Assembly (NCBI GenBank): GCA_964457045.1
Contig: CAYWDP010000003.1
Span: forward strand, 1-34,539
Reading direction: 5' to 3'
Origin: an uncultured Dehalococcoidia bacterium
GTDB lineage: Bacteria; Chloroflexota; Dehalococcoidia; UBA2247; RBG-13-53-26
DNA length: 34,539 nt
Shown here: positions 8,900 to 17,849 of the stretch, piece after piece
Position numbering within the stretch: position 1 is the stretch's first letter
Layout of the letters: each line of letters begins with the position of its first letter
The notes under the pieces: generated by a model
What the model was told of the DNA's origin: nothing
The model's database searches: none
Seen by the model: the letters and a program-made list of their open reading frames with translations, nothing else
Position numbers and translations under genes: made by a program

Positions 8900-10108
8900 A
8901 TGCTGACTAATAAAACGGTGCTACTAGGGGTGACCGGCAGCATTGCCGCTTATAAGGCAGTAGAATTGGCTAGCAAGCTAACACAAGCTGAGGCTAAAGT
9001 AGATGTGGTCATGACTAAAGCCGCTACCGAGTTCATTACTCCGCTGGCCTTCCGTAGCATCACCCACCGACCGGTAGCCACCGACATGTTTGCCACTCCC
9101 ACAGAGTTCGATATTGAACATGTTGCCCTGGCAGAGCGAGCCGATGTGGTGGTTATTGCCCCAGCTACAGCTAATATCATCGCTAAACTGGCAGCAGGCA
9201 TTGCCGACGATATGCTCTGCTGCACCGTATTGGCTACCAAAGCACCAGTCATTCTAGCCCCCGCAATGAATGTAAATATGTATGAAAACCGGATTACTCA
9301 GGATAACCTTGCCAAGCTTCGTTCCCGAGGGTTTAACATCGTTGAACCAGCTTACGGTGCTTTGGCTTGCGGCGAGATAGGCATGGGGCGCCTTGCTGAT
9401 ATTGAACATATTCTAGCTACCATTTGCCAGGTGCTCGGCAGGGAGGGTGATTTGGCAGGAAAGCATGTTATCGTTACCGCTGGCGGCACTCAAGAGCCTA
9501 TCGACCCAGTCCGCCATATTGCCAATCGAAGTTCAGGCAAGATGGGTTATGCCTTAGCTGAAGCAGCCCGAGACCGAGGGGCAAAGGTAACCTTGATCAG
9601 CGCCCCTACTGCACTTCCCACCCCTATTGGTGTAGAGATAGTCCAAGTTCAAACGGCACTCCAGATGCGAGAGGCAGTCCTCAAAGCCGCTCCCAAAGCC
9701 GATGCCCTGATTATGGCTGCTGCTGTAGCCGATTACCGACCAGCGACCACTGCTGAGAGCAAGCTTAAAAAGGAAGCAGCCCCTCGCATGAAGTTAGAAT
9801 TGATCAGGAATCCAGATATCCTCAGTGAAATAAAGGGAGACTTCATCAGGGTGGGCTTTGCTGCTGAAAGCGAGAACTTGATACAAAACGCCACTGCCAA
9901 ACTGAAAGAGAAGCGCCTCGACCTCATCGTGGCTAATGACATCACTAGTATCGGTGCTGATACCAATAAGGTGGTATTGATTGACCGCCAGGGCAACAAG
10001 GAAGACTTGCCACTGCTACCAAAATCGGAGGTGGCCCACAAGGTTCTGGATAAAGTTGCGGAGCTGCTGGCCAAGGGCGAAAAGAGGAAAGTAGGGACAG
10101 AGCTTTAG
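8900..10108 (+). CDS. coaBC: Bifunctional phosphopantothenoylcysteine decarboxylase / phosphopantothenate-cysteine ligase
   Basis: 402 aa. Flavoprotein N-domain (LLGVTGSIAAYK, PAMN) and a DFP C-domain (NRSSGKMG). Confidence 0.93.
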   Translation: MLTNKTVLLGVTGSIAAYKAVELASKLTQAEAKVDVVMTKAATEFITPLAFRSITHRPVATDMFATPTEFDIEHVALAERADVVVIAPATANIIAKLAAGIADDMLCCTVLATKAPVILAPAMNVNMYENRITQDNLAKLRSRGFNIVEPAYGALACGEIGMGRLADIEHILATICQVLGREGDLAGKHVIVTAGGTQEPIDPVRHIANRSSGKMGYALAEAARDRGAKVTLISAPTALPTPIGVEIVQVQTALQMREAVLKAAPKADALIMAAAVADYRPATTAESKLKKEAAPRMKLELIRNPDILSEIKGDFIRVGFAAESENLIQNATAKLKEKRLDLIVANDITSIGADTNKVVLIDRQGNKEDLPLLPKSEVAHKVLDKVAELLAKGEKRKVGTEL

Positions 10109-10433
10109 CTCTGTCCGAAACCAACAGCGGATAGACCTGAAGGTCTATCCCTACAGGGAAAGAAAAAATGACCAAGGATCAATTGAGACAGCAAAAAACA
10201 TCGCCAAGGCTTAAGGTAAAGAAACGATGCTGCTCATAGACGGTATAAAGTAACCACCCTGATGGTTTGTGCCAAACTAGTTTGGCAATGGATACCCCAG
10301 CCTTCAGGCTGGGGAGTCTCAGCTGCTTCAGCACCCAAAGACCGGGCTTTAGCCCGCTTTGAAAGGTGGCATAAATGCCACCGCTGGACGCTTTGCACCA
10401 TTGATGCTCCCCGCCCTAAAGTGCGGGGTATCC
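10095..10433. repeat. Cluster of at least 7 short perfect hairpins/palindromes (REP/MITE-like)
   Basis: 10095-10116 GGACAGAGC-TTTA-GCTCTGTCC (its loop contains the coaBC stop codon). 10129-10150 GGATAGACCTGAAGGTCTATCC. 10271-10286 GCCAAACTAGTTTGGC. 10295-10314 CCCCAGCC-TTCA-GGCTGGGG. 10343-10356 CGGGC-TTTA-GCCCG. 10365-10382 GGTGGC-ATAAAT-GCCACC. 10409-10428 CCCCGC-CCTAAAGT-GCGGGG. The 27-nt modules 10290-10316 and 10407-10433 are inverted copies (GGATACCCC...GGGGAG). Confidence 0.8.
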
Positions 10434-10563
10434 TAAGCATTATGGACAACGATCCGTGACCGTGGCAAGGATAAGCATAAATGAATTTGCTTCTATAGTG
10501 CTTATAATGCAAAAATAGTCAATGACCCTGAAGGTTGCGCTACGATAAGATATAAACAAAGGA

Positions 10564-13236
10564 ATGGCAGTAATGGGGAAAGTACAACAAAGAGGGGACT
10601 TGCCTAAAGCTTACGAGCCTCAGAAAGTTGAGGATAGGATCTACCAATTCTGGTTGGAGAAAGGCTATTTCACTCCCAAGATAGACCGCAGCAAAAGACC
10701 TTTCGTCATCATTATGCCCCCTCCTAATGTCACTGGCGAGCTCCATCTGGGACATGCCTTGACAGCTGCCCTAGAAGACATTATGACCCGCTGGCATCGC
10801 ATGAAAGGAGAAAGCACCCTTTGGCTGCCAGGAGTTGACCATGCTGGCATTGCTACTCAGGTGGTAGTAGAACAACAGCTAGCCACAGAGGGACTAACCA
10901 GGCATGACTTAGGAAGAGAAAGGTTTGTGGAAAAGGTATGGCAATGGGCATCCTCATGTCGAGAGAACATCATAGAACAGCACAAAAAACTAGGTGCTTC
11001 CTGCGATTGGACTAGGGACAGGTTCACTCTAGACGAGAAGCCCAGTCATGCCGTAGCTACCACCTTTGTTCGCTTATTTAACAAAGGGCTTATCTATCGA
11101 GGAGAGCGGATTATCAACTGGTGTCCTCGCTGCCAAACTGCCCTCTCCGACCTTGAAGTGGAGCACAGAGAATTGACAGGGCATCTCTACTATATTAACT
11201 ATCCCATCGTTGGTGAGTCTCACTACGTCACAGTAGCCACTACCCGCCCTGAGACCATGTTCGGTGATACTGCTGTGGCAGTCAATCCTGAGGATAAGCG
11301 TTTTACTAACTTGATAGGTAAAAAGGTTGCCATCCCGGTAATCAGCCGCCCCATACCCGTTATCGCTGATGATGCTGTGGACCCTAGCTTTGGCACCGGG
11401 GCACTAAAGATTACCCCCTCCCACGACCCGATAGATTTCGAGGTGGCTCAGCGACACAACCTCCCTTTGGTAAACGCACTGAATGGCGATGCCACCTTAA
11501 ATGAGGAGGCAGGACCCTACGATGGGTTCGATCGCTTCGCTTGCCGCCAAGCTTTGCTCCTTCAGCTAGAAAAGGAGGGGCTTTTACTGAAAACCGAACC
11601 CTATCTTCATTCTGTAGGGCACTGTGCTCGGTGTAGTACCGCTATCGAACCTTGGGCGAGCAGGCAATGGTTTATCCATACCAAACCTCTGGCCGAACCT
11701 GCCATCAAGGCTGTAGAGGAAGGGCAAATAACCATCATCCCTGAGCATTTCACCAAAATCTATCTTTACTGGATGGAAAATATCCGCGATTGGTGCATCA
11801 GTCGTCAACTGTGGTGGGGACATAGAATCCCGGTGTGGCACTGTGAAGAGTGTAGCCAAATCACAGTTAGTGCTAGCCAGCCTGAGAGATGCGCCCATTG
11901 CGGCTCAAGCAAAATCCACCAGGAATCCGATGTCCTTGATACCTGGTTCAGCTCTGCCCTTTGGCCCCACTCTACCTTGGGCTGGCCTGATGATACGGAA
12001 GACTTTCGCTACTTTTATCCTACCACAGTGATGGAAACAGGCTACGACATTCTTTTCTTCTGGGTAGCCAGAATGATCATGATGGGTCTAGAGAATACAG
12101 GTGACATCCCCTTTCGCTGGGTCTACCTTCATGGCTTGATAAGAGATGAGAAAGGGGAGAAGATGAGCAAGATCAGGGGGAATGTTATCAACCCTGTGGA
12201 AGCAATTGAGGAATATGGTGCTGATGCCTTACGCTTTGCTATTACCACAGGTAGCGCACCGGGCAACGACGTCCAGGTAAGCAGCCAAAAGCTGGAAGCC
12301 GGACGCAACTTCGCCAATAAACTATGGAATGCAGCTAGATTTGTAATAAGGAGCTTACCACCAGGCCTGGAAGATAGAGCAATACCTTCTAGGTTGCCAG
12401 CGGAGGATTGCTGGATTCTATCTCGCCTGGATCAACTAATAGCTAAAGTAAACCATCTATTAGATGACTTCCAGTTCGGTGAAGCTGAAAGAGAAATCTA
12501 CGACTTCCTGTGGCATGAATTCTGCGATTGGTATATTGAGCTGGCCAAGATTCGCCTTCGTCGCCACTCCGATAAATCGGAGCCCTCTCCACTCCCGGTC
12601 CTGGTCCAAACCCTGGAAACCTCTTTGAGGCTGCTTCATCCCTTTATGCCCTTTATCACCGAAGAGATATGGCAAAGACTTGTTTCACACCTCCCCCGAG
12701 ACGAAGCAAGGCCCGATTCCCTGATGATCGCCGCTTATCCTACTGCTAGAGGAGTCACCGATACTCAGGCAGAGGAGGAGATGGAATCAGTAATTGAGAT
12801 TATTCACTCCATCCGCAATGCCCGGGCTCAGTCTAGGATTGAGCCTGTCCGATGGATTGAAGCCCAAATTTACACCAAGAATAAGTCAGCTATCGAGTCT
12901 CACCGCCAATCAATTGAGACCTTGGCTCGAGTGCAACCCCTGGCTATCCTGGACCCTAGAAAGGAGAGAGGGGACAGAGAAGGGGCTTTAGTATTGGTGT
13001 TAAGAAATGTTGAAGTTATCTTACCTATGGCGGTCGACCTTGATGCAGAAAGACAACGCTTAGAAAAAGAGAAAGAGGCTTTACAAGCCAAGATTGCCCG
13101 CCTGGAGACAAGGCTGAGTGACAACACTTTCCTTTCCAAAGCACCCTCTTTGATAATAGAAAGGGAGCGAGGGAAACTCCTCGAGTCCCAGGGCAGGCTG
13201 GAAAAGATAGAGGAAAGGCTTACCCAGCTATGCTAA
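10564..13236 (+). CDS. valS: Valine--tRNA ligase
   Basis: 890 aa. Class I HIGH (GELHLGHA) and KMSKS (KMSKIRGN) motifs, and a C-terminal coiled coil. An alternative ATG at 10573 has better SD spacing. Confidence 0.95.
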   Translation: MAVMGKVQQRGDLPKAYEPQKVEDRIYQFWLEKGYFTPKIDRSKRPFVIIMPPPNVTGELHLGHALTAALEDIMTRWHRMKGESTLWLPGVDHAGIATQVVVEQQLATEGLTRHDLGRERFVEKVWQWASSCRENIIEQHKKLGASCDWTRDRFTLDEKPSHAVATTFVRLFNKGLIYRGERIINWCPRCQTALSDLEVEHRELTGHLYYINYPIVGESHYVTVATTRPETMFGDTAVAVNPEDKRFTNLIGKKVAIPVISRPIPVIADDAVDPSFGTGALKITPSHDPIDFEVAQRHNLPLVNALNGDATLNEEAGPYDGFDRFACRQALLLQLEKEGLLLKTEPYLHSVGHCARCSTAIEPWASRQWFIHTKPLAEPAIKAVEEGQITIIPEHFTKIYLYWMENIRDWCISRQLWWGHRIPVWHCEECSQITVSASQPERCAHCGSSKIHQESDVLDTWFSSALWPHSTLGWPDDTEDFRYFYPTTVMETGYDILFFWVARMIMMGLENTGDIPFRWVYLHGLIRDEKGEKMSKIRGNVINPVEAIEEYGADALRFAITTGSAPGNDVQVSSQKLEAGRNFANKLWNAARFVIRSLPPGLEDRAIPSRLPAEDCWILSRLDQLIAKVNHLLDDFQFGEAEREIYDFLWHEFCDWYIELAKIRLRRHSDKSEPSPLPVLVQTLETSLRLLHPFMPFITEEIWQRLVSHLPRDEARPDSLMIAAYPTARGVTDTQAEEEMESVIEIIHSIRNARAQSRIEPVRWIEAQIYTKNKSAIESHRQSIETLARVQPLAILDPRKERGDREGALVLVLRNVEVILPMAVDLDAERQRLEKEKEALQAKIARLETRLSDNTFLSKAPSLIIERERGKLLESQGRLEKIEERLTQLC
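12567..12582. repeat. 16-nt perfect palindrome CTCCGATAAATCGGAG inside valS coding sequence
   Basis: Identical to the cores of the intergenic hairpins at 13270-13285 and 22911-22926. Read in frame it encodes S-D-K-S-E. Confidence 0.85.
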
Positions 13237-13263
13237 AACGGCGTAAACAATTATATCGCCAGT

Positions 13264-13305
13264 GTAGTGCTCCGATAAATCGGAGCAACTGCAGAAATTT
13301 GGAGG
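13264..13305 (+). repeat. ATAAAT-loop hairpin plus conserved tail (AACTGCAGAAAT..GGAGG) upstream of the carboxyltransferase gene
   Basis: GTAGT-GCTCCG-ATAAAT-CGGAGC-AACTGC followed by AGAAATTTGGAGG. The same architecture occurs at 25371-25409, and a degenerate form at 22910-22945. Confidence 0.75.
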
Positions 13306-13315
13306 ATGATCAAGA

Positions 13316-14866
13316 ATGGCTATTGAAGAAAAAGTACAAAACCTAGCTAAACTTAGAGAGCAAGCAAAACAAGGCGGGGGAGCAAAGCGCATCGAAGCTC
13401 AGCACACTAAAGGCAAACTTACCGCTCGGGAGAGAATAGACCTTCTCCTCGATCCCGGTAGCTTTGAAGAACTTGACCCTTTCGTCACCCATCGGGCTAC
13501 TGAGTTTGGGCTTGCTGAGCAGAAGTACCTAGGGGACGCTGTAGTCACCGGCTATGGCAAGATTGATGGCAGGCTTGTCTTTGTTTATGTCCAAGACTTC
13601 ACGGTGATTGGTGGCACCTTATCGCTGGTAGCATCGGAGAAGATCTGCAAGGTAATGGACCTAGCAGCTAAGAATGGTGCCCCTTGCATTGGTTTGCTTG
13701 ATTCAGGGGGAGCACGAATTCAGGAGGGAGTGGATAGCCTTAAGGGCTATGGTGAAATCTTTACCCGCAATACCCTCTACTCAGGGGTAATACCCCAGAT
13801 ATCAGTGGTAATGGGTCCCACTGCTGGGGGTGCTGTCTATTCCCCAGCCATCACCGACTTTATCTTTATGGTAAAGGGCATCGGGCAAATGTATATCACC
13901 GGTCCCGATGTAATCAGGGCAGCGAGTGGAGAAGAGATTACCCATGAGGAACTGGGAGGGGCAATGGTTCACGCTAGGAAGAGCGGCAATTGCCACTTTG
14001 TAGCTGAGAATGAGCAAGAGGTGCTCCAAATGGTGCGTCGCCTATTGAGTTTCCTCCCTCAAAACAATAGGGAGAAGCCACCTGCGGTGGAGACTGGCGA
14101 CGACCCTGACCGAAGGGATGAGGAATTACTTCATGTTGTTCCTGAGAATCCTGCCAAGGCTTACAATATGAAGGAGGTCATCAATCGGGTAATAGACAAC
14201 GGTGACTTTATGGAGGTGCACCAGCAATTTGCCCCCAATCTTATCGTTGGCTTTGCCAGGCTCGATGGACAGAGCGTAGGGGTGGTGGCTCAGCAACCAC
14301 TCCATGTAGCTGGTGTTATTGACATTAACGCCTCAGACAAGGGGGCAAGATTCGTCCGCTTTTGTGATTGCTTCAATATCCCCTTAATTACCTTCGTCGA
14401 TGTCCCTGGATATATGCCAGGCACCGACCAAGAGTTTGGCGGCATTATCAGGCATGGAGCCAAGTTCCTCTATGCCTATGCCGAAGCCACTGTCCCCAAG
14501 ATAAGTGTGATTACCCGTAAAGCCTACGGTGGTGCTTATGTAGTCATGAGCAGCAAGAGCTTGCGGGGCGATATCAACTACGCCTGGCCTACGGCTGAGA
14601 TTGCAGTGATGGGCCCTGAGGGAGCGGTGAATATCATCTTCCGGGGCGAAATTGCCGATTCGGAAAACCCTGAAGAGACACGACAGAGGCTCATTCGTGA
14701 ATATAGAGACAAATTTGCCAACCCCTATGTAGCTGCATCCAAGGGGTACATTGATGATGTCATCAATCCCAGGGAAACACGCCCCAAGCTGATAAAAGCA
14801 CTGCAGATGCTGCAGAACAAGGTAGATAGCCTCCCTGTCAAGAAGCACGGGAACATCCCCCTCTAG
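13316..14866 (+). CDS. Acyl-CoA carboxyltransferase subunit (propionyl-CoA carboxylase beta / methylmalonyl-CoA decarboxylase alpha family)
   Basis: 516 aa with a typical PccB/MmdA layout (KLTARERIDLLLDPGSF, two crotonase-like carboxyltransferase halves). No biotin carrier or biotin carboxylase gene is adjacent. Confidence 0.88.
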   Translation: MAIEEKVQNLAKLREQAKQGGGAKRIEAQHTKGKLTARERIDLLLDPGSFEELDPFVTHRATEFGLAEQKYLGDAVVTGYGKIDGRLVFVYVQDFTVIGGTLSLVASEKICKVMDLAAKNGAPCIGLLDSGGARIQEGVDSLKGYGEIFTRNTLYSGVIPQISVVMGPTAGGAVYSPAITDFIFMVKGIGQMYITGPDVIRAASGEEITHEELGGAMVHARKSGNCHFVAENEQEVLQMVRRLLSFLPQNNREKPPAVETGDDPDRRDEELLHVVPENPAKAYNMKEVINRVIDNGDFMEVHQQFAPNLIVGFARLDGQSVGVVAQQPLHVAGVIDINASDKGARFVRFCDCFNIPLITFVDVPGYMPGTDQEFGGIIRHGAKFLYAYAEATVPKISVITRKAYGGAYVVMSSKSLRGDINYAWPTAEIAVMGPEGAVNIIFRGEIADSENPEETRQRLIREYRDKFANPYVAASKGYIDDVINPRETRPKLIKALQMLQNKVDSLPVKKHGNIPL

Positions 14867-14923
14867 AAAGGGGCTTGTAAGTTCAGCAATAGGTGAAGAT
14901 TATCCTTCAATGCAGATTAAACA

Positions 14924-16177
14924 ATGGGTAAAACCTTAGCGGAGAAGATCTTAAGCCAGAAGTCAGGAGGAGATGCTCACGCTGGAGATATTGTTATCAC
15001 CGAGGTAGACTTGGTCTTTGTTCAAGATGGGACTGGTCCGCTGGCTATAAGGCAATTTGAAGCCAGCGGTTTCGAAAAGGTCGCCAAGCCAAAAAGAACA
15101 GCGATTTTTTTAGACCACGCTTCCCCCAGCCCAGCCCGTGAGCTTTCCAATGATCATACTTTGCTTCGCAACTTCGCCAAGAGAACTGGAGCACTCCTTT
15201 TCGAGGTAGGAGAAGGGGTCTGTCACCAACTGGTAGCAGAATCCTTGGCTAACCCCGCTGAGGTGATTTTAGGTGCTGATTCCCACACCACTACCGCTGG
15301 CGGGCTAGGGGCTTTTGCTACAGGAATGGGTTCTACCGACATTGCCATGGCTATGGCTTTAGGTAAGACCTGGCTCAGGGTTCCAGAGAGTTTTAAGGTG
15401 GTAGTTGAGGGTCATCTTGGAGAGGGAGTATATGCCAAAGACCTAATTCTTCATCTTATCGGTCTGCTTGGCGCTGATGGCGCCACCTACAAGTCGCTGG
15501 AATTTTGCGGGGAAACTGTCAGCAATATGACTATATCAGAGAGGCTCACTATAGCTAATATGGCGGTAGAGGCAGGGGCAAAGGTAGGGCTTTTCCCCTC
15601 CGATGAAAAAACCAAGGAATACCTTATCGCCCAGGGTAGAGGGGAGAGGTACTGCTCTCTTCAATCCGATGACGATGCCGTATATGAGCATACCATCAAA
15701 ATTGATGCTGCTGCCCTAGAGCCAACAGTGGCCATGCCTCATTCTGTAGATAACACAGCGCTAGCAAGGGAGCTAAAAGAGACAAAAATACAGCAGGTAT
15801 TCATCGGCACCTGCACCAATGGTCGCCTGGAGGATTTAGCTATCGCTGCCAGCCTTCTCAAATCTCGACCACGTTATCCCGAAACCAGATTAATCATAGC
15901 GCCAGCTTCGAGAAAGGTTCTCCAAGAAAGTATAGAGGCAGGCTATATCCAAACCTTCCTAGAAGCAGGAGCACTTATTATGCCGCCTGGTTGCGCTGCC
16001 TGTTTTGGATTGCATCAAGGCGTACTGGGAGACGGGGAATCCTGTCTTTCTACCGCCAACCGTAACTTCCAGGGGCGTATGGGTAACCCCAATTCTTTTA
16101 TCTATCTGGGAAGCCCAGCTACGGCTGCCGCCACTGCTATCACCGGCGAAATCACTGACCCCAGGGAGCTCCTATGA
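14924..16177 (+). CDS. leuC: Aconitase-family dehydratase large subunit (3-isopropylmalate dehydratase / homoaconitase type, ~420 aa form)
   Basis: 417 aa. MGKTLAEKIL N-terminus, GADSHT motif and Fe-S cysteines (GTCTNG, PPGCAAC). Substrate specificity cannot be read from the sequence. Confidence 0.85.
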   Translation: MGKTLAEKILSQKSGGDAHAGDIVITEVDLVFVQDGTGPLAIRQFEASGFEKVAKPKRTAIFLDHASPSPARELSNDHTLLRNFAKRTGALLFEVGEGVCHQLVAESLANPAEVILGADSHTTTAGGLGAFATGMGSTDIAMAMALGKTWLRVPESFKVVVEGHLGEGVYAKDLILHLIGLLGADGATYKSLEFCGETVSNMTISERLTIANMAVEAGAKVGLFPSDEKTKEYLIAQGRGERYCSLQSDDDAVYEHTIKIDAAALEPTVAMPHSVDNTALARELKETKIQQVFIGTCTNGRLEDLAIAASLLKSRPRYPETRLIIAPASRKVLQESIEAGYIQTFLEAGALIMPPGCAACFGLHQGVLGDGESCLSTANRNFQGRMGNPNSFIYLGSPATAAATAITGEITDPRELL

Positions 16178-16671
16178 TACTAAGAGGAAGAGGTTTCAAG
16201 TTCGGCGACAATATCTCCACCGACCACATCATACCCGGTCGATGGTTTCATCTCAGAAGTAATCTGCCCGAGTTGTCAAAGCACCTCCTGGAGGATGTTG
16301 CCCCTGCCTTTGTCTCCCAGGTTAAACCTGGTGATTTCATTGTCGCTGGTAAGAACTTCGGCCTAGGCTCAAGCAGAGAACACGCCCCCCTGGTAATTAA
16401 GATGGCAGGGGTAGGGGCGATCTTAACCAAATCAACAGCCCGAATCTTCTTCAGAAACGCTATCAACCTGGGGCTGCCTGTCCTCATATGTGATACAAGC
16501 AAGATTGACGAGGGGGATGAGTTAGAGGTAGACTTAACTAGAGGCACCGTAAGAGACCTGACCAACGGAAATCAGCTCAGCTTCGGCAGAATCCCTGAAG
16601 TAATGCTCCATATTCTGGAGGAAGGTGGACTGGTGCCTTATATTAGGAAATATGGAGATTTCAGGCTCTAA
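16174..16671 (+). CDS. leuD: Aconitase-family dehydratase small subunit (LeuD/HacB type)
   Basis: 165 aa. GDNISTDHIIP and GKNFGLGSSREHA motifs. 4-nt overlap with the large subunit. Confidence 0.85.
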   Translation: MILRGRGFKFGDNISTDHIIPGRWFHLRSNLPELSKHLLEDVAPAFVSQVKPGDFIVAGKNFGLGSSREHAPLVIKMAGVGAILTKSTARIFFRNAINLGLPVLICDTSKIDEGDELEVDLTRGTVRDLTNGNQLSFGRIPEVMLHILEEGGLVPYIRKYGDFRL

Positions 16672-16685
16672 AAGGAGATAGTAGT

Positions 16686-17777
16686 ATGTACTATAAGATC
16701 ACCCTTATCCCCGGAGATGGAATAGGTCCTGAGGTGACTAAGGCTACCAAGAGGGTTCTGGAAGCAACCGAAGTCAAATTCCACTGGGATTTAGCTACAG
16801 CTGGAGAGGGGGCCCAGGATATGTTTGGCACTCCCCTTCCTGATTATGTCCTGGAGTCCATCAAGAGAAACAAGGTGGCTCTAAAGGGACCCATTACCAC
16901 CCCAGTGGGACACGGCTTCAGGAGTGTCAACGTGGCTTTACGTCAAAGATTAGACCTCTACGCCTGCCTCCGCCCCTGCAAGACCTACCCAGGGATCCCT
17001 ACACCCTATGAAAAAGTAGATATTGTGGTGGTCAGGGAGAATACTGAGGATCTATATGCCGGGATTGAATTTGAGAGGATGTCTCCCGAGGCCACAAAGC
17101 TTATCAGCCTAATGCATGAAATAGCCCCAGATAAAATAAAGAAAGACAGCAGCTTCAGTTTAAAAGTAGCCTCTGAAGCCGGGTCAAGGAGGATTGTTAA
17201 GTTCGCCTTCGAATATGCCCGGGCTAATGGCAGGAAAAAGGTTACTGCAGTCCATAAAGCCAACATCCTCAAAGCATCCGACGGGCTCTTTCTTGATGTA
17301 GCTCGGGAGGTTGCCAAGCATTACCCCGATATCAAATTTGAGGACGTGATTATAGACACCCTGTGTATGCGGTTAGTACGTAGTCCGGAGCAATTTGATA
17401 TCCTCGTCCTCCCCAACCTTTACGGTGATTTCGTCTCTGAATTGTGTGCTGGACTCATCGGCGGTTTGGGGTTGGCTCCTGGTGCCAATATCGGCGATGA
17501 TATAGCTGTCTTCGAACCGACGCACGGTAGTGCTCCTAAATATGCTGGGCAAGACAAGGTAAACCCCATGGCCATGATGCTCTCTGGGGTGATGATGCTA
17601 CGACACCTAGGTGAAGGGAAGGCTGCCGATAGATTGGAGAGAGCAATTGCTGCGGTTACTGCTGAAGGCAAAAGTGTCACCTATGACCTGAGGCCAAACA
17701 ATCACCCTCCAGTGGGGACCTCTAGAGTAGCTGAGGCGGTGATAGAGAAGCTGAAGGAGGAAGAGGATGCAGCATAA
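16686..17777 (+). CDS. Beta-decarboxylating dehydrogenase (isocitrate / isopropylmalate / homoisocitrate dehydrogenase family)
   Basis: 363 aa. ITLIPGDGIGPEV N-terminus, RENTEDLYAG and NLYGDFVSELCAGLIGGLGLAPGANIG motifs. Confidence 0.88.
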   Translation: MYYKITLIPGDGIGPEVTKATKRVLEATEVKFHWDLATAGEGAQDMFGTPLPDYVLESIKRNKVALKGPITTPVGHGFRSVNVALRQRLDLYACLRPCKTYPGIPTPYEKVDIVVVRENTEDLYAGIEFERMSPEATKLISLMHEIAPDKIKKDSSFSLKVASEAGSRRIVKFAFEYARANGRKKVTAVHKANILKASDGLFLDVAREVAKHYPDIKFEDVIIDTLCMRLVRSPEQFDILVLPNLYGDFVSELCAGLIGGLGLAPGANIGDDIAVFEPTHGSAPKYAGQDKVNPMAMMLSGVMMLRHLGEGKAADRLERAIAAVTAEGKSVTYDLRPNNHPPVGTSRVAEAVIEKLKEEEDAA

Positions 17778-17849
17778 GGTTACCGTTACGGCAAACATAG
17801 GAGCTTCTTGCTCTAAACGAGTTGCGGAATTAGAGAGCTGGAGAGCTTT

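Noticed and set aside
10168-10239. 23-codon basic ORF (MTKDQLRQQKTSPRLKVKKRCCS) in the coaBC-valS gap
   Set aside because: It has only a weak purine-rich upstream sequence and no recognisable family. It is too short to support without conservation data.
10095-10433. Possible CRISPR array, given the many short palindromes in a non-coding gap
   Set aside because: The hairpins have different sequences and irregular spacing. There is no repeated unit of constant length, and no cas genes are in the window.
10234-10512. 92-aa minus-strand ORF and the 65-aa plus-strand ORF at 10262-10459
   Set aside because: Both run through the hairpin cluster. They lack ribosome-binding sites and have odd composition (Cys/His/Arg/Trp rich), as expected from translating palindromes.
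10109-10563. T-box leader upstream of valS (also checked at 22768-22996 upstream of hisS)
   Set aside because: No T-box core (GGTGGTACCGCG-like) and no specifier or antiterminator arrangement is present. GGTGGC at 10365 is just one arm of a local perfect hairpin.
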